DNA of 31,825 bases, from the IMG/VR virus record IMGVR_UViG_2617270941_000009; one strand, 5' to 3'. The first letter of the stretch is position 1. Each line of letters opens with the position of its first letter. The translations under genes were made by a program, and so were the position numbers. This DNA comes from a virus. Its lineage: Duplodnaviria; Heunggongvirae; Uroviricota; Caudoviricetes. Positions 30,408-31,825 of this stretch are shown here, piece by piece. The notes under the pieces are model-generated. The model was not told where the DNA came from. It saw only the letters and a program-made list of their open reading frames with translations, and did not search any database.

Positions 30408-30495
30408 TGATTTTATTTTGACTGATAGTGACCTGTTCGTTGCAACAAATTGATAAGCAATGCTTTTTTATAATGCCAACTTAGTATAAAAAAGC
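30408..30495. other. attL: attL junction: P' arm with Int arm-type sites and 15-bp core TTAGTATAAAAAAGC (30481..30495, reverse complement of GCTTTTTTATACTAA) abutting host DNA
   Basis: Core sequence and adjacent P'-arm sequence (tgatttcaattttgtcccactccc...caaattgataagcaatgcttttttataatgccaac) seen as reverse complement. Confidence 0.85.
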
Positions 30496-30541
30496 AGGCT
30501 TCAACGGATTCATTTTTCTATTTCATAGCCCGGAGCAACCT

Positions 30542-31825
30542 GTGAACACATTTTCAGTTTCCCGTCTGGCGCTGGCATTGGCTTTTGGCGTGACGCTGAC
30601 CGCCTGTAGCTCAACCCCGCCCGATCAACGTCCTTCTGATCAAACCACGCCTGGTACCTCTTCTCGCCCGATTCTGTCGGCAAAAGAAGCGCAGAATTTC
30701 GATGCTCAACACTATTTTGCATCCCTGACACCAGGTGCTGCAGCGTGGAATCCTTCCCCGATTACCCTGCCTGCGCAACCTGACTTTGTTGTCGGCCCGG
30801 CGGGCACTCAAGGTGTAACGCATACCACGATTCAGGCGGCGGTAGATGCGGCAATTATCAAGCGTACCAACAAGCGCCAGTATATTGCCGTGATGCCTGG
30901 TGAGTATCAGGGAACGGTATATGTCCCTGCCGCTCCGGGTGGAATTACTCTGTACGGTACAGGTGAAAAACCGATTGATGTGAAGATTGGGCTTTCCCTT
31001 GATGGTGGCATGAGCCCTGCCGACTGGCGTCACGACGTCAACCCGCGCGGCAAATATATGCCAGGTAAACCAGCGTGGTATATGTACGATAGCTGCCAGA
31101 GCAAACGCAGCGACAGTATCGGTGTTCTCTGCTCTGCGGTCTTCTGGTCACAAAACAATGGCCTGCAACTGCAAAATCTGACCATCGAAAACACGCTGGG
31201 CGATAGCGTAGATGCAGGTAACCATCCGGCGGTGGCACTGCGTACTGATGGTGACCAGGTACAGATTAACAACGTTAACATTCTCGGTCGTCAGAACACC
31301 TTCTTTGTCACCAACAGCGGTGTGCAGAACCGTCTGGAAACCAACCGTCAGCCGCGTACGCTGGTGACCAACAGCTACATTGAAGGGGATGTGGATATCG
31401 TTTCTGGTCGCGGCGCAGTGGTGTTCGATAACACCGAATTCCGCGTGGTGAACTCACGTACTCAGCAAGAAGCGTATGTGTTTGCACCGGCTACGCTGTC
31501 CAACATTTACTACGGTTTCCTCGCCGTAAACAGCCGTTTCAATGCTTTCGGTGATGGTGTGGCGCAACTGGGCCGCTCGCTGGATGTTGATGCCAATACC
31601 AACGGTCAGGTGGTGATCCGTGATAGCGCCATCAACGAAGGTTTTAACACGGCTAAACCGTGGGCCGATGCGGTGATCTCTAATCGTCCGTTTGCGGGTA
31701 ATACCGGCAGCGTAGATGATAACGACGAAATACAGCGCAATCTGAATGACACTAACTACAACCGCATGTGGGAATACAATAACCGCGGCGTGGGTAGTAA
31801 AGTGGTTGCAGAGGCGAAGAAGTAA
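30542..31825 (+). CDS. ybhC: host outer-membrane lipoprotein YbhC (pectinesterase-like acyl-CoA thioesterase), the chromosomal gene flanking the lambda attachment site
   Basis: 427-aa ORF with GTG start, GGAG RBS and lipoprotein signal (LTACSS); GC-rich host-like codon usage; matches remembered YbhC, adjacent to attB-lambda in E. coli. Confidence 0.85.
   Translation: MNTFSVSRLALALAFGVTLTACSSTPPDQRPSDQTTPGTSSRPILSAKEAQNFDAQHYFASLTPGAAAWNPSPITLPAQPDFVVGPAGTQGVTHTTIQAAVDAAIIKRTNKRQYIAVMPGEYQGTVYVPAAPGGITLYGTGEKPIDVKIGLSLDGGMSPADWRHDVNPRGKYMPGKPAWYMYDSCQSKRSDSIGVLCSAVFWSQNNGLQLQNLTIENTLGDSVDAGNHPAVALRTDGDQVQINNVNILGRQNTFFVTNSGVQNRLETNRQPRTLVTNSYIEGDVDIVSGRGAVVFDNTEFRVVNSRTQQEAYVFAPATLSNIYYGFLAVNSRFNAFGDGVAQLGRSLDVDANTNGQVVIRDSAINEGFNTAKPWADAVISNRPFAGNTGSVDDNDEIQRNLNDTNYNRMWEYNNRGVGSKVVAEAKK

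Overview
This window is almost entirely a defective, mosaic lambdoid prophage integrated at the E. coli lambda attachment site, next to host gene ybhC (30542..31825); the most interesting content is a set of foreign AT-rich cargo genes sitting at known lambda accessory hotspots. All identifications are from reading the sequence and ORF translations against remembered protein families; no searches were run. The prophage reads right to left relative to the canonical lambda map: attL core (30481..30495), int, xis, a b-region with foreign cargo, exo/bet/gam/kil/cIII/ea10, N with nutL, a phage-434-type immunity region (cI, cro, three 14-bp operators on each side), lambda cII/oop/O (with ori iterons)/P, a truncated ren, a DLP12-like nin/Q block (ylcH, ninB/ybcN, ninE, ybcO, rusA, ylcG, quuD-like Q), an intact nmpC-like porin, a phage-21-type lysis cassette (pinholin, SAR endolysin, Rz/Rz1), bor, and the lambda right end with cos. 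Immediately past cos only 15 codons of nu1 remain, fused to the C-terminal third of J, so all head genes and most tail genes are deleted; lom, stf and tfa follow, then an AT-rich non-coding stretch and a partial IS1 at the window edge. The main candidates for new biology are: (1) a 631-aa NACHT/STAND-type P-loop NTPase inserted into ren, a likely single-gene anti-phage defence; (2) a 289-aa orphan protein in place of ral/sieB just after N; (3) a signal-peptide protein translationally coupled to cI in the rexAB position; (4) a duplicated ylcH-like element; and (5) a foreign block between truncated ea22 and xis.
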